Source: Actinomycetota bacterium (GTDB lineage: Bacteria; Actinomycetota; JAHEXW01; JAGVPG01). Taken from it: DNA of 64,000 bases. Shown here piece by piece: positions 9,912-20,678 of this stretch. Numbering within the stretch: the stretch's first letter is position 1; each line of letters starts with the position of its first letter. The stretch spans positions 30,759 through 94,758 of the forward strand of contig JAGVPG010000002.1 of the NCBI GenBank assembly GCA_020052375.1, in the 5' to 3' direction. Under the pieces are notes generated by a model. That model was not told where the DNA came from. It did no database searches and saw only the letters and a list, made by a program, of their open reading frames with translations. The position numbers and the translations under genes are program-made.

Positions 9912-10559
9912 ATGAAGATAATCGTTGCAGGATGCGGACGGGCTGGAGCATCACTAGCTAAGAAGTTCTCGCTGGAAGGGCATGACGTAGTCGTCGTCGA
10001 TAAAGATCCGACAGCATTTGAGTTGCTGGGTAAGAATTTTCGAGGCGCAACTGTAAAAGGCATGGTCTTTGACGGAGAGGCCTTAAAAAAAGCCGGGATA
10101 GATAAAGCTGACGCCTTTGTGTCTGTTACCAGCGGCGACAACTCTAATGTGGTGTCCGCGACTATTGCTAAAGACATTTATCGCGTACCTAAGGTCATCG
10201 CCCGCATATATGAGCCTAGAAGAGCTGAGATCTATAGAAGATTCGGGATCCCGACAGTCTCCTCGGTCACTTGGGCGACAAACGAGATCCATGCGCTGCT
10301 AACGCACACGGAAGTGATACGTGACGCGACGTTGGGAAACGGTGAAGTGCAGATCGTCCGTACAGATATCCCGCAACGTCTGGTAGGGCGAGCAGTCGAA
10401 GATGTTTCTGTGCCTGGCGAGATCATGGTCATCAGCATGATCCGCGGCGGACGGGCAAAGATCCCGTCATCCGGAGAGATTTTCCAGGAGCAGGATAATA
10501 TAGAACTTGCTGTACTGACGACCTCGTTACCGAGGTTGAAGAAGCTGCTGGCGCTGTAA
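9912..10559 (+). CDS. RCK/TrkA-family K+ transport regulatory protein (TrkA_N + TrkA_C)
   Basis: MKIIVAGCGRAGASLAKKF...VVVVDKD Rossmann motif and a C-terminal TrkA_C segment. Extended -10 (TGTGTATAAT) upstream at about 9868. Confidence 0.85.
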   Translation: MKIIVAGCGRAGASLAKKFSLEGHDVVVVDKDPTAFELLGKNFRGATVKGMVFDGEALKKAGIDKADAFVSVTSGDNSNVVSATIAKDIYRVPKVIARIYEPRRAEIYRRFGIPTVSSVTWATNEIHALLTHTEVIRDATLGNGEVQIVRTDIPQRLVGRAVEDVSVPGEIMVISMIRGGRAKIPSSGEIFQEQDNIELAVLTTSLPRLKKLLAL

Positions 10560-10592
10560 CAAAAAGCTTAATCTATACAAGGAGGACTTAGA

Positions 10593-11261
10593 GTGTATGT
10601 TGTCATAGTCGGTGGCGGTAAAGTCGGTTGGTATCTTGGACGGATGCTCAAAGAGTCGAATTACGATGTGACGATCGTCGAGATGCGGCGCGAGCAGTGC
10701 GCCAAGATCCGCGAAGAAACGCCTGATATAAACGTCGTCTGCGGCGACGGCGACGAACCGTATATACTGGATGAAGCGGGGCTGACAAAAGCCGATGCGG
10801 TGGTAGCGGCGACCGGTCATGATGAAGACAACCTGGTCGTATGCCTGCTGGGCAAGTTCGAGTATGATGTCCCGCACACGATAGCCAGGATAAATAATCC
10901 AAATAATGAATGGCTCTTTAGAGACACCTTCGGAGTCGATATAGCATTAAGTAATACACATATGATCGCCAAGATCCTACAGGAAGAGGTCGCACTGGGA
11001 GACCTGGTCACGTTGCTAAAAATACGCAAGGGCGACCTGGCTCTAGTCGAGCTTACGCTTAAAGAAGAGTGTGCCGCCGTCGGCAAACTACTAAGCGAGG
11101 TCGACTTACCGGCGGATACTGTGCTGGTGACGATTATCAGGGACAATGAAGTCATCATCCCGCGCGGAGCTACACGCCTTGAGCTGGGCGACGACGTGCT
11201 AGCTGTCACAAAAACGGAGAACGAAGAAGCCCTCGCACACTGCCTGGGCGCGATGAAGTAG
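10593..11261 (+). CDS. RCK/TrkA-family K+ transport regulatory protein (second copy)
   Basis: MYVVIVGGGKVGWYLGRML...VTIVE Rossmann motif with a C-terminal TrkA_C-like domain. Confidence 0.85.
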   Translation: MYVVIVGGGKVGWYLGRMLKESNYDVTIVEMRREQCAKIREETPDINVVCGDGDEPYILDEAGLTKADAVVAATGHDEDNLVVCLLGKFEYDVPHTIARINNPNNEWLFRDTFGVDIALSNTHMIAKILQEEVALGDLVTLLKIRKGDLALVELTLKEECAAVGKLLSEVDLPADTVLVTIIRDNEVIIPRGATRLELGDDVLAVTKTENEEALAHCLGAMK

Positions 11262-11277
11262 CACCGACTTTTAACAA

Positions 11278-12447
11278 ATGGCAAAGAAAGACAAGGTCTT
11301 CGGAGTCAATCGGAACGTCTTTTACCTCGGCCTGACCTCTCTATTCAATGATATCAGCACAGAGATGATATATCCTATCGTTCCTATTTTCATGACGACC
11401 GTCCTTGGTGCACCTGTTGCTGTCGTCGGTCTCGTAGAGGGCATCGCTGAATCCACCGCCAGTATCCTTAAGGTGTTTTCCGGATGGATCTCGGACAAGG
11501 CACATAATAGAAAAGGTCTGGCTGTTACCGGTTACGCTCTATCGACCATTGCTAAGCCGATTTTGGTCTTCGCCAGCGCATGGTGGCAGGTCCTGTCGTT
11601 CAAAGTCGTGGACCGGACGGGCAAGGGTATCAGAACATCACCACGTGACGCGCTTATAGCCGACTCGACGGCCGAAAAAGATTACGGGAGGGCATTCGGC
11701 TTTCATAGAAGCATGGACTACATCGGCGCGACTCTCGGCCCCTTACTCGCGTTCGTCCTCTTGCCCCTCCTTAAGAACGATTACCGGCTATTCTTTGCCC
11801 TATCCATTATACCTGCGTCTATGGGTGTCCTGCTCCTCGCGCTATTCGTTAAGGAGAAACGAGACGGCGTCCTGTTTAAAATGCACTCGATAGACTTCAA
11901 GTCGCTCGGTTGGCGCTTTTTTCTGTTCCTCGTGGTCGTCTCGATCTTCTCGATCGGGAATTCCAGCGACGCTTTTCTTATATTACGCGCTAAGGATCTA
12001 GGGATCCCCATCTTTCTGATCCCTCTTGCTTACTTTGTCTACAACGCAGTAAGCTCACTGATAGCCGCGCCCGCGGGGATAGTGTCCGACAAGATAGGCA
12101 GAAAGACCCTGATGCTGTTGGGCTTCCTGTTTTTCAGCTTTGTCTACTTAGGTTTTGCGATCACCGATCGAGCGTGGATGGTCTGGATCCTTTTCGCGGT
12201 CTATGGTGTCTACTACGCGTTTACTGAAAGCATGTTCAAAGCATATACCGCCGACCTGGTCGCCGAGAACGTCCGCGGTACGGCATACGGCCTGCTCAAT
12301 ATGGTCATGGGTTTCGCCCTCCTCCCCGCCAGCCTTATCGCCGGTTTTTTGTGGGACAATATCGCTCCCAGCGCTCCGTTCTTTTACGGCAGCATAACCG
12401 CCGCTCTAGCATTTTTATTTGCAATTCTTTTCGTCAAATCAATATAA
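11278..12447 (+). CDS. MFS transporter
   Basis: 389 aa, 12 predicted TM helices, with the MFS loop motif DRTGKGIRTSPRDALIADS. Confidence 0.75.
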   Translation: MAKKDKVFGVNRNVFYLGLTSLFNDISTEMIYPIVPIFMTTVLGAPVAVVGLVEGIAESTASILKVFSGWISDKAHNRKGLAVTGYALSTIAKPILVFASAWWQVLSFKVVDRTGKGIRTSPRDALIADSTAEKDYGRAFGFHRSMDYIGATLGPLLAFVLLPLLKNDYRLFFALSIIPASMGVLLLALFVKEKRDGVLFKMHSIDFKSLGWRFFLFLVVVSIFSIGNSSDAFLILRAKDLGIPIFLIPLAYFVYNAVSSLIAAPAGIVSDKIGRKTLMLLGFLFFSFVYLGFAITDRAWMVWILFAVYGVYYAFTESMFKAYTADLVAENVRGTAYGLLNMVMGFALLPASLIAGFLWDNIAPSAPFFYGSITAALAFLFAILFVKSI

Positions 12448-12502
12448 TGATTGAGATTTAGTACGTAGTCCGCACCGGCATCTTTCACAATAGGAGGAAC
12501 CA

Positions 12503-14584
12503 ATGAACCTAGACACGCCCGTCATCATCCTTATCGCTTCGATCCTGGCATCGCTGGCCGCTATCGGCTATGGTGTCGTCCTCATCTTTTTCATCCTTAA
12601 GCAACCGGAGGGTGATGAAAAGATGAAGGAGATCGCCCGCGCTATTCAGGAAGGAGCAAAGGCCTATCTGAACAGGCAATATCGCACGGTAGCTATCGTC
12701 GCTGTCGTATTGTTCGGAGTTATCTGCCTTGGTCTCGGCTACCAAGGAGGTTGGGTAGAAGGTGTAAGAACCGGCATCGCTTTCTTGATCGGAGCGATCG
12801 CATCCGCTGCAGCCGGTTACATAGGGATGAACATCTCGGTCAGAGCCAACGTCCGGACCGCTGAAGCAGCCAAGAAGGGGCTTAGCCCGGCGCTTCAGAT
12901 GGCTTTTCGGGGCGGTACGATTACCGGACTGATGGTCGTCGGGCTTGCGTTGCTCGTGGTCTCCGGTGTTTATCTTATGTTCAGCGACGTAAAAGCCCTG
13001 ATCGGGCTTGGCTTCGGCGGAAGCCTGATCAGCGTCTTCGCCAGACTTGGCGGCGGTATCTACACGAAAGCGGCGGATGTCGGCGCCGATCTCGTCGGCA
13101 AGGTGGAAGCCGGTATCCCCGAAGACGATCCGCGGAATCCAGCTGTGATCGCCGATAATGTGGGTGATAACGTTGGTGATTGTGCCGGTATGGCAGCCGA
13201 CCTGTTCGAGACATACGTAGTCACTGCTGTAGCGGCAATGCTGCTCGCCGACATCCTTTTCGATCACAACGAGACGGTCATCATATTTCCATTGCTTTTA
13301 GGTTCGATATCCGTCATCGCCACTATAATCGGCAGCTTCTTTGTACGCACGAAGGAAGGCGGCGGTATTATGGCCAGTCTATACAAGGGCGTGATCGCCA
13401 GCGCCGTGATCGCCGCTGTGGGCTTCTTCCCCGCTACATTCTATCTGATGAAAGATGTCATGATAGGCACCACCAAGGTCGAACCAGTGAACCTGTATAT
13501 AACCTCTCTGATAGGTCTGATAATAACATTCGCGATAGTCGTGATAACCGAATACTTCACGGCGACCCGGTATGATCCCGTAAGAAGGATAGCCCTGGCA
13601 TCTACTACCGGGCATGGTACAAATATCATCGAGGGATTGGCCGTCGGTATGCAATCGACCGGATGGCCCGTACTTGTCATCACGACAGGTATGCTCGCCG
13701 CGTATACCCTCGGCGGGGCCCAGAACGGCGGCCTGTTCGGCGTCGCGATCGCCGCGATGTCGATGTTGTCTCTGACCGGCATAATCGTCGCAATCGACGC
13801 ATACGGTCCGATCACCGACAATGCCGGCGGCATAGCCGAGATGGCTAAGCTCCCGGAGAGTGTGAGGGCGGTCACTGATCCACTTGACGCGGTCGGAAAC
13901 ACAACAAAGGCCGTTACCAAGGGTTATGCCATAAGCTCCGCGGCTCTCGCGGCACTGGTCCTGTTTGTAGCCTATACACAGGAGGTCAGCTCCGCCGGAA
14001 TACAGCTGAAATTCGACCTCGGTGATATATCGGTGCTGATAGGGTTGTTTATAGGTGGATTATTGCCGTACCTTTTCGGCTCGCTATGTTTGGAGGCGGT
14101 CGGCAAGGCAGCCGGCAAGGTCGTCGATGAAGTAAGACGCCAGTTTAAAGAGATCCCCGGTATCATGGAAGGCACTGGGAAGCCTGATTATGCTCAAGCC
14201 GTCGATATAGTGACAAAGGCAGCTATCAAAGAGATGATGGTGCCCGCGTTCATCCCGGTTTTAGCACCTATCCTGGTCGGCTTCATCCTCGGTCCTAAAG
14301 CCCTTGGTGGTCTCCTGGTCGGGAGCATAGTAGTCGGCTTCTTTATGGCCGTATCTATGACGAACGGCGGGGCCGCCTGGGACAACGCTAAGAAATATAT
14401 CGAGGACGGCAATTACGGCGGTAAGGGCAGCAAGGCTCACGCGGCCGCGGTGACCGGCGATACTGTCGGCGATCCTTATAAAGACACCGCGGGACCGGCG
14501 ATAAATCCGATGATCAAGGTCGTCAATATCGTAGCTCTGCTGATAGCGCCGTTACTGGCACAATATGGGTCTTTGATCAAATAA
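12503..14584 (+). CDS. hppA: membrane-bound proton/sodium-translocating pyrophosphatase
   Basis: 693 aa polytopic protein with [39 protein letters not shown] and a C-terminal [18 protein letters not shown], the diagnostic membrane-PPase motifs. Confidence 0.9.
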   Translation: MNLDTPVIILIASILASLAAIGYGVVLIFFILKQPEGDEKMKEIARAIQEGAKAYLNRQYRTVAIVAVVLFGVICLGLGYQGGWVEGVRTGIAFLIGAIASAAAGYIGMNISVRANVRTAEAAKKGLSPALQMAFRGGTITGLMVVGLALLVVSGVYLMFSDVKALIGLGFGGSLISVFARLGGGIYTKAADVGADLVGKVEAGIPEDDPRNPAVIADNVGDNVGDCAGMAADLFETYVVTAVAAMLLADILFDHNETVIIFPLLLGSISVIATIIGSFFVRTKEGGGIMASLYKGVIASAVIAAVGFFPATFYLMKDVMIGTTKVEPVNLYITSLIGLIITFAIVVITEYFTATRYDPVRRIALASTTGHGTNIIEGLAVGMQSTGWPVLVITTGMLAAYTLGGAQNGGLFGVAIAAMSMLSLTGIIVAIDAYGPITDNAGGIAEMAKLPESVRAVTDPLDAVGNTTKAVTKGYAISSAALAALVLFVAYTQEVSSAGIQLKFDLGDISVLIGLFIGGLLPYLFGSLCLEAVGKAAGKVVDEVRRQFKEIPGIMEGTGKPDYAQAVDIVTKAAIKEMMVPAFIPVLAPILVGFILGPKALGGLLVGSIVVGFFMAVSMTNGGAAWDNAKKYIEDGNYGGKGSKAHAAAVTGDTVGDPYKDTAGPAINPMIKVVNIVALLIAPLLAQYGSLIK

Positions 14585-14609
14585 AGACTCTAAACAGAGC
14601 TATTGATTT

Positions 14610-14636
14610 TGTAGCAGCCGACCTTGATTGTCGGCC
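14610..14636 (-). repeat. 27-bp hairpin repeat GGCCGACAATCAAGGTCGGCTGCTACA (left copy, inverted)
   Basis: Reverse complement of 14610..14636 is identical to 25376..25402. Itself a stem-loop (GCCGAC-aatcaag-GTCGGC). Sits between the hppA stop and the methyltransferase start. Confidence 0.9.
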
Positions 14637-15293
14637 AAAACTGCGGAGATAAAAACGGATAAAGAAGCAGTACACAATCAAAATATAGAGGCTTTCAATA
14701 AATGGGCCGCTTCATATGACGGCTCCTTCCTAGGAAAACTCGCTCTCGGTGTCCAAAAACGCATTCTACCTTATCTGAAAGACGCTGACTTCGATTCTCT
14801 ACTGGATATCGCATGCGGTACAGGAGTGCTCCTCAAAGAGGTCGAAGACCGGTTCGCTAAAACCAATCAAACTATTAAGCTGGCCGGTATAGATCTTTCC
14901 CCCCGTATGCTGGACATCGCCAAGCGGACACTGGGAGAAGAAGTAGACTTAAGGGAAGGCGAAGCAGACGGTTTGCCGTGGCAGGCGAAAAGTTTCGACG
15001 TTGTGACTTGCACCAACGCTTTCCATCACTTCCCTGAACCAGCAGCAGTGCTATCCGAGGTCAAACGGGTTCTAACACCTGGGGGGCTTTTCATAATCGA
15101 AGATATCTGGCTGCCACCGTTCTTCAGGCAGATCGCCAATCTCTTTTTGCCACTAAGCCCTGAAGGCGATGTCCGCATCTATTCAAGAGGCGAACTCGTC
15201 TCCATGCTGTCTATCACAGGCTTCATGGACATCAAATGGCAAAGACTTTTCATATACGGCGGCATAACCACCGCTACCCGCCCACGGGAATAA
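14628..15293 (+). CDS. class I SAM-dependent methyltransferase
   Basis: LLDIACGTGVLL motif I and DVVTCTNAFHHF, Methyltransf_11-like. TTG start. The gene lies inside the inverted-repeat-bracketed segment together with the cas locus. Confidence 0.75.
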   Translation: MSAKTAEIKTDKEAVHNQNIEAFNKWAASYDGSFLGKLALGVQKRILPYLKDADFDSLLDIACGTGVLLKEVEDRFAKTNQTIKLAGIDLSPRMLDIAKRTLGEEVDLREGEADGLPWQAKSFDVVTCTNAFHHFPEPAAVLSEVKRVLTPGGLFIIEDIWLPPFFRQIANLFLPLSPEGDVRIYSRGELVSMLSITGFMDIKWQRLFIYGGITTATRPRE

Positions 15294-15413
15294 GCGCACT
15301 GTTACATTTACATCTTCTATAATTCATCGTCTTTTAGTTATATAATACACACCACATAATTTTTTACCTTATGACAATGGTTACTTCTGGACTAGTTTTC
15401 GGAGGGAAGGTCA

Positions 15414-17993
15414 ATGCCTGCGCCACGTCGAATGAATATCACTGTTACCGAGGTACCAGGTGAGATTTGTTGGGCAAAAACACTTTCTAACGGTTCGCCA
15501 GGGATCTCGGTCCGAGACCATTGCCTAAATGTAGGCTGTGTCGCAGAAGCGTTGTTGGGTTTATTGCCAGAGCAATTGTGTGAACTACTTCCTAAATCAC
15601 CAGCTATACTTGCCGCACTTCACGACATCGGAAAAATGTCTCCCGGATTTCAGGTGAAGTGCCAGGATTGGCTCAACTGTCATAGACTCTCTGAATTAGC
15701 ATTGAAAGAGTGCTGGCAATTACGAGAGTCGGATCACGCCAAAATCAGTCAATCTACCACCCAGAAACGTCTTAACCAGTCAAAGCTCAATCCATGGGCT
15801 GCAATCATTGGAGCACATCATGGGAAGATCAAGGGTGAGCGTGTCAGCCTGAGTGAACCATGGGAAACTGAGCGACTTCAGTTGTTGGATGAGCTCACCA
15901 AAGAATTCGGTCCACTGCCAGATGATAATCCTGACGACGCGACACTTTGGTTTCTTGCAGGACTTATCACCGTAGCGGACTGGATTGGGTCAGACGAGAA
16001 TCGTTTCTTACAGAATGCCCGCTGGTCTATAACGGAACGACGAGAGCGTGCGGTTTCTGCCCTCCAAGAAAATGGATTGACCAGGACGTCTGTTATAAAA
16101 GACCTGGCTTTTAAAGACCTATTCCCATTGACGCCCCAAGCCAACAATCTACAAGACATAGTGACAGAGGCTATACAAAAACCGGGAGTCTACATTATCG
16201 AAGCACCTATGGGGTATGGCAAAACAGAAGCAGCGCTAAAGGCTGTGTATCAACTTGTCGAAGCAGAACAAGCAACAGGGCTTTATTTCGCGTTGCCGAC
16301 GCAAGTTACCAGTAACCGCATTTACCTTCGTCTACAGCCATTTATTGATTTGATTTGCAGCAATTCGGGCGATGTTCGACTATGTCATGGTGCTTCTTGG
16401 TTGTTTGATGCCAAGCCACCGCTTCGCTTAAGAGCCGCCAGTGCCGACGCGGAAGCACAAACATATATACAAGATGGACGATCATGGTTTGCGTCATCTA
16501 AGCGTGCTCTTCTCGCACCGTTCGGCGTGGGCACGATTGACCAGGCATTATTGGGCGTGGTTGCCTCGAAACATTTCTTTGTTAGGCAATTCGGTTTAGC
16601 GGGAAAAGTTGTTATTCTTGACGAGATCCATACCTATGATCTGTACACAAGTACGCTGGTTGACGAATTAGTAAAAAGACTGCGAGAGCTAGAGTGCACT
16701 GTCATTATTTTATCTGCTACTTTAACTAAGCAACGCCGAAGGGAATTGCTGCAATTAGATGACAAACAACCACTTAGCACAGCTTATCCACTGATTTCAA
16801 GCAGAAATGGACAGTTGTCTGAATGGCCATGCGATTCACTCACTGATAGGACTATCAACATCCGGTGTGTTTCAGGCAACGGTTTAGTTGAAGAAGCGTT
16901 AGAAAAAGCACATCGAGGCGCCTGTGTTCTCTGGATACGTAATACTGTAGATAATGCGCAAGAGAGCTATCGCGCCCTTAAGAATGCAAGCGTAGAAGGA
17001 GGACCACCAATTGCATTGCTACACTCTCGGTTTCCATTCTTCCGCCGTGAAGAGCTTGAGAATGAGTGGATAGATCGGCTCGGTAAGGATTCGCTGCAGC
17101 GTCCTTCTGGCTGTGTACTGGTTTCTACTCAAGTTGCCGAGCAAAGCGTAGATATCGATGCCGATATGCTGATTAGCGACCTTGCTCCGACTGACATGTT
17201 GCTCCAACGTATAGGTCGGCTATGGCGACACAAAAGGGCAAACCGACCTTGTACAACGCCTGACGTTTGGATCCAGATACCTTCACTCGACGATAAGGCT
17301 CTACGGAGTGCCAACAAAGATGAACTCTATGAAGCCCTGGGTAAGAGTGCCAAGGTTTATGCTCCATATGTGTTGTTGCGCTCACTAGACCAATGGCGGA
17401 ACTGTACCGAGATTAGACTGCCTTCTCAGACGCGGCCGATTCTCGAGGCAACGTATTGTGACTCCGAGGTGCAAGAACCGGAAACATGGACACAACTACG
17501 AGAAGAGCTTGAGCAACAGAGAGAGAAGATGGCGACGCAAGCTCTTGGCATTACAAGAGTTTGGACGATCCCTGCACTTAAAGATGAGGAAGGTGTGCAA
17601 ACACGATATAGCTCCTTTCCAACAGCTCAGTTATTACTCCTAAACGACATGGAACAACTGGATGCCAACTCGGTGAGACTACAGTTGTTAAACGGCGACA
17701 TTACTATTGCTTATGATTTCGACTGGGACGTGAATGTAGCTAAAGCAATACACCGAAACCTAGTTCGTATACCGCACTGGGTTATTGCCGAACAGCTTAA
17801 TCGTCCTCCACGCTGGTTAGCAAATTACGTTCATCAACCAGTAACTGTGGGTATTATTCGTACAGATGGTAAAATCAGCGGTATGAATAATGAGCTATTG
17901 CTACCAATTTCATATAACGCGGACCAAGGCGTGATCATCGACAGAACACAAATACCACGTTTTGAGGAGGATACCGATGAATATTTCGACTGA
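15414..17993 (+). CDS. cas3: type I-E Cas3 HD-nuclease/helicase
   Basis: N-terminal HD domain (LHDIGKMSPGFQ, GAHHGK), then DEAD/DEAH helicase motifs (APMGYGKTEAAL, VVILDEIH, SATL). First gene of the I-E operon. Confidence 0.9.
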   Translation: MPAPRRMNITVTEVPGEICWAKTLSNGSPGISVRDHCLNVGCVAEALLGLLPEQLCELLPKSPAILAALHDIGKMSPGFQVKCQDWLNCHRLSELALKECWQLRESDHAKISQSTTQKRLNQSKLNPWAAIIGAHHGKIKGERVSLSEPWETERLQLLDELTKEFGPLPDDNPDDATLWFLAGLITVADWIGSDENRFLQNARWSITERRERAVSALQENGLTRTSVIKDLAFKDLFPLTPQANNLQDIVTEAIQKPGVYIIEAPMGYGKTEAALKAVYQLVEAEQATGLYFALPTQVTSNRIYLRLQPFIDLICSNSGDVRLCHGASWLFDAKPPLRLRAASADAEAQTYIQDGRSWFASSKRALLAPFGVGTIDQALLGVVASKHFFVRQFGLAGKVVILDEIHTYDLYTSTLVDELVKRLRELECTVIILSATLTKQRRRELLQLDDKQPLSTAYPLISSRNGQLSEWPCDSLTDRTINIRCVSGNGLVEEALEKAHRGACVLWIRNTVDNAQESYRALKNASVEGGPPIALLHSRFPFFRREELENEWIDRLGKDSLQRPSGCVLVSTQVAEQSVDIDADMLISDLAPTDMLLQRIGRLWRHKRANRPCTTPDVWIQIPSLDDKALRSANKDELYEALGKSAKVYAPYVLLRSLDQWRNCTEIRLPSQTRPILEATYCDSEVQEPETWTQLREELEQQREKMATQALGITRVWTIPALKDEEGVQTRYSSFPTAQLLLLNDMEQLDANSVRLQLLNGDITIAYDFDWDVNVAKAIHRNLVRIPHWVIAEQLNRPPRWLANYVHQPVTVGIIRTDGKISGMNNELLLPISYNADQGVIIDRTQIPRFEEDTDEYFD

Positions 17994-19494
17994 TTCGTGG
18001 ATTCCTGTTGTCTGGCAAAACGGCCAACCTGATGTGGTGAGCCTGGTTGATGTTTTTACCCGGGGTCACGAAATCCAGGATCTCACGGTACGACCTCATG
18101 AACGTATCGCGCTAATGCGACTGCTGATCTGTATAACACAATCCGCACTTGATGGTCCTACTGATCATGATGACTGGAAAGACTGCCAAATGTGTATCAA
18201 ATCATCTGTCCTCGAGTACCTCAAGAAATGGCATGATGCCTTCGAGTTGTTCGGTAAAGGTCAGCGGTTCCTGCAGGTCATCAAATTAAGTAGTAACGTG
18301 AACAAATCTATCAGTCACTTAGACGAAGGCAGTTCTATGAGTAAGCTGGATGTTGCTCTCGCTACAGGTAACAATTCAACCCTATTTGATAACGCTGGTG
18401 GATCGGAACGACTGTTTAAGCCAGCACGACTCGCACTCAACATGCTCAGCTTCCAGTGTTTTTCCCCAGGTGGACGTATCGGAATTGCAAAGTGGAATGG
18501 AAGGGAGACCGCCGGTAAGGGTTCAAGTAACCATGCTCCATGTATCACACAGGGCATGTTGCACGCCCTGATCAGAGGCAAAACCCTCCTTGAAACAATG
18601 CACCAGAACCTTATGACGAAACAGCAAAGCGAACTTTTCTTCGGTAAAAATTGTTGGGGAAAGCCGGTCTGGGAAAAGATGCCCAAAGATCTTACTGACA
18701 ACTTAGCCGTTCAAAACGCGACAAAAACGTATCTGGGGCGGCTCGTACCACTCGCCCGCGCTATATACCTTGAAGATAATGGTAATAGACTAACACTTGC
18801 CAATGGACTGGACTATATCAGTTATCCCGGATGGCGAGAACCCACAGCTACAGTAGTCACGCGCAAGATTAAAAACCAGCCAACGCGCATGATTCTACGA
18901 GCTTCAACCGATAGAGCGATATGGCGCGAGCTTCATGCATTAGCAGTGAAATCTGTTAATCAAGAACTCGGCGGGCCAGCTGCTTTGCAAAACTGTAATG
19001 ACGAAAAGGCTTTCGATCTCTGGGTAGGCGGTCTAGTGGCCAACCAAGCTAAGTTGGTAGATACCACTGAATCCGTATTCCATATTCCTGCAATGATGCT
19101 TACTAATCCAAGTCAGCAAGCTTATGAACAAGGAGTACGTTATGCCGAAACTACCGGATTTCAGCTAGCGCAAGCTGTCTCAATCTTTCACCGCGAACTC
19201 GGAGATGATCTTAACGCTTCAGAGTCGCGAGATCGACGACAACAAATCCAGAACAAGGCATATTCACAATATTGGACCGGTATTGAACAAAACGTAGCTG
19301 AATTACTTGAAGTGGCCACTAGTCCGGAGCGCTTAGGGCTTGAGATGACATGGCAAAAAACTACGTGGGGGGCGTCAGTATGGCGAGCGGCACGAGCAGC
19401 CTACGAATACTCTTGTGCACATGTAACACCACGCCAGATACGTGCGTATGCTTTAGGGTTAAGCAGGTTGGCTGCAACATCGACCCAATCGTAA
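17977..19494 (+). CDS. cse1: Cse1/CasA (Cas8e) large Cascade subunit
   Basis: About 505 aa in the casA position. Start ATG at 17977 (MNISTDSWIPVVWQNG..., typical Cse1 N-terminus) with the SD GAGGAGG. Overlaps the cas3 stop. Confidence 0.8.
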   Translation: MNISTDSWIPVVWQNGQPDVVSLVDVFTRGHEIQDLTVRPHERIALMRLLICITQSALDGPTDHDDWKDCQMCIKSSVLEYLKKWHDAFELFGKGQRFLQVIKLSSNVNKSISHLDEGSSMSKLDVALATGNNSTLFDNAGGSERLFKPARLALNMLSFQCFSPGGRIGIAKWNGRETAGKGSSNHAPCITQGMLHALIRGKTLLETMHQNLMTKQQSELFFGKNCWGKPVWEKMPKDLTDNLAVQNATKTYLGRLVPLARAIYLEDNGNRLTLANGLDYISYPGWREPTATVVTRKIKNQPTRMILRASTDRAIWRELHALAVKSVNQELGGPAALQNCNDEKAFDLWVGGLVANQAKLVDTTESVFHIPAMMLTNPSQQAYEQGVRYAETTGFQLAQAVSIFHRELGDDLNASESRDRRQQIQNKAYSQYWTGIEQNVAELLEVATSPERLGLEMTWQKTTWGASVWRAARAAYEYSCAHVTPRQIRAYALGLSRLAATSTQS

Positions 19495-19521
19495 TAATCT
19501 CAACCGAAAAAGGAGAGAATC

Positions 19522-20022
19522 ATGAATAAGAGTCTGTCAGATCCGAAGGAAACCGCTGAGAAGTTCCTAAACTTCCTACGCCAATTAAAGAATGATCGCG
19601 GTGCGATGGCTGACCTGCGACGCGCGCTTACTCCGATACAGCGATATAGAGCCTGGCCTGTGCTTGCACGCTTCGGTGGAATTAATAAACCTCGGTTCGA
19701 GATTATTGCCGGTTTGTATGCACATCATCCAGAGGAAACGAGCACCGGCAACCTTGGTACAACGTGTAGGCAGCTTAGTGGCGAATATCACAGCTTTGAG
19801 GGACGCTTCCGTCGCCTTCTATGTTGTGACCGTGAGGATATCTACGGACATATTAGACCAATTGTGCTTGCAGCCGCTTCCAAGGGGATTCGCATTAACT
19901 ATAAGCAGCTCTTTACTGATCTTTCGTACTGGGGCGATAGTGTAAAGGCACGGTGGGCAACGGAATTCTGGGGTGCTCCAACTCAAGAAGTAGTGCCAGC
20001 CGGAGTAGAGGACCAACCATGA
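19522..20022 (+). CDS. cse2: Cse2/CasB (Cas11) small Cascade subunit
   Basis: 166 aa basic helical protein in the casB position, directly after cse1. Confidence 0.75.
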   Translation: MNKSLSDPKETAEKFLNFLRQLKNDRGAMADLRRALTPIQRYRAWPVLARFGGINKPRFEIIAGLYAHHPEETSTGNLGTTCRQLSGEYHSFEGRFRRLLCCDREDIYGHIRPIVLAAASKGIRINYKQLFTDLSYWGDSVKARWATEFWGAPTQEVVPAGVEDQP

Positions 20023-20648
20023 CTCATTTAGCCCAAATAAACCTCGATTTTGCAACGGTTGCGCATCTACAAATTCGTGATGCCTATGACTGGCATCAGA
20101 GAGTCTGGCAATGCTTTCCTGGTAGGGACGGTAAGCAACGGGATTTCCTGACACGTCTAGATACACGGCCTGAGGGTTTCCGTTTGCTGATCGTATCTCC
20201 TATAAATCCTGTGCGCCCCGACTGGTGCCCTCAAGACTCTGAACATTGGAAAGTCAGACCAATACCCGATGATTATTTTAAACGTCGGTGTTATGCATTC
20301 CAGCTTTGTGCCAATCCAACCAAGAAAATTGCCGTACAGAACGCCGATGGCAGCCGTAAGAAAAACGGTCGACGAGTACCATTAAGCAACCGTGTAGAAC
20401 TGTTATCATGGATCACGAGGAAGGGCAAACAAGGCGGTTTTACAGTCGATGACGAAACCTTGCACACTTTTTCTCACGGCCGTGAGTACTTCTCAAAGAA
20501 CGGTATTCGTGGTTTACATAGCGCCGTTGAGTTTGAGGGGGTGTTGACCGTGATTGATTCTAAGAGATTTTGCGAAGTCTTTAAACGTGGCATCGGCCCA
20601 GCAAAGGCTTTCGGCTTCGGTTTATTAGTCATCGCGCCAATTGCTTGA
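20019..20648 (+). CDS. cas6e: Cas6e (CasE) crRNA endoribonuclease
   Basis: ATG at 20019 overlaps the cse2 stop (ATGA). About 209 aa ending in the glycine-rich loop GIGPAKAFGFGLL characteristic of Cas6e. Its position between cse2 and cas7 is non-canonical. Confidence 0.8.
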   Translation: MTHLAQINLDFATVAHLQIRDAYDWHQRVWQCFPGRDGKQRDFLTRLDTRPEGFRLLIVSPINPVRPDWCPQDSEHWKVRPIPDDYFKRRCYAFQLCANPTKKIAVQNADGSRKKNGRRVPLSNRVELLSWITRKGKQGGFTVDDETLHTFSHGREYFSKNGIRGLHSAVEFEGVLTVIDSKRFCEVFKRGIGPAKAFGFGLLVIAPIA

Positions 20649-20678
20649 ACCTATTGATGTTGTCGAAAGGAGATACCT

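Noticed and set aside
12509-13267. 252-aa minus-strand ORF and several Arg-rich ORFs inside hppA
   Set aside because: Antisense to a strongly supported membrane pyrophosphatase gene. Arg/Pro-rich, low-complexity translations typical of GC-rich antisense frames.
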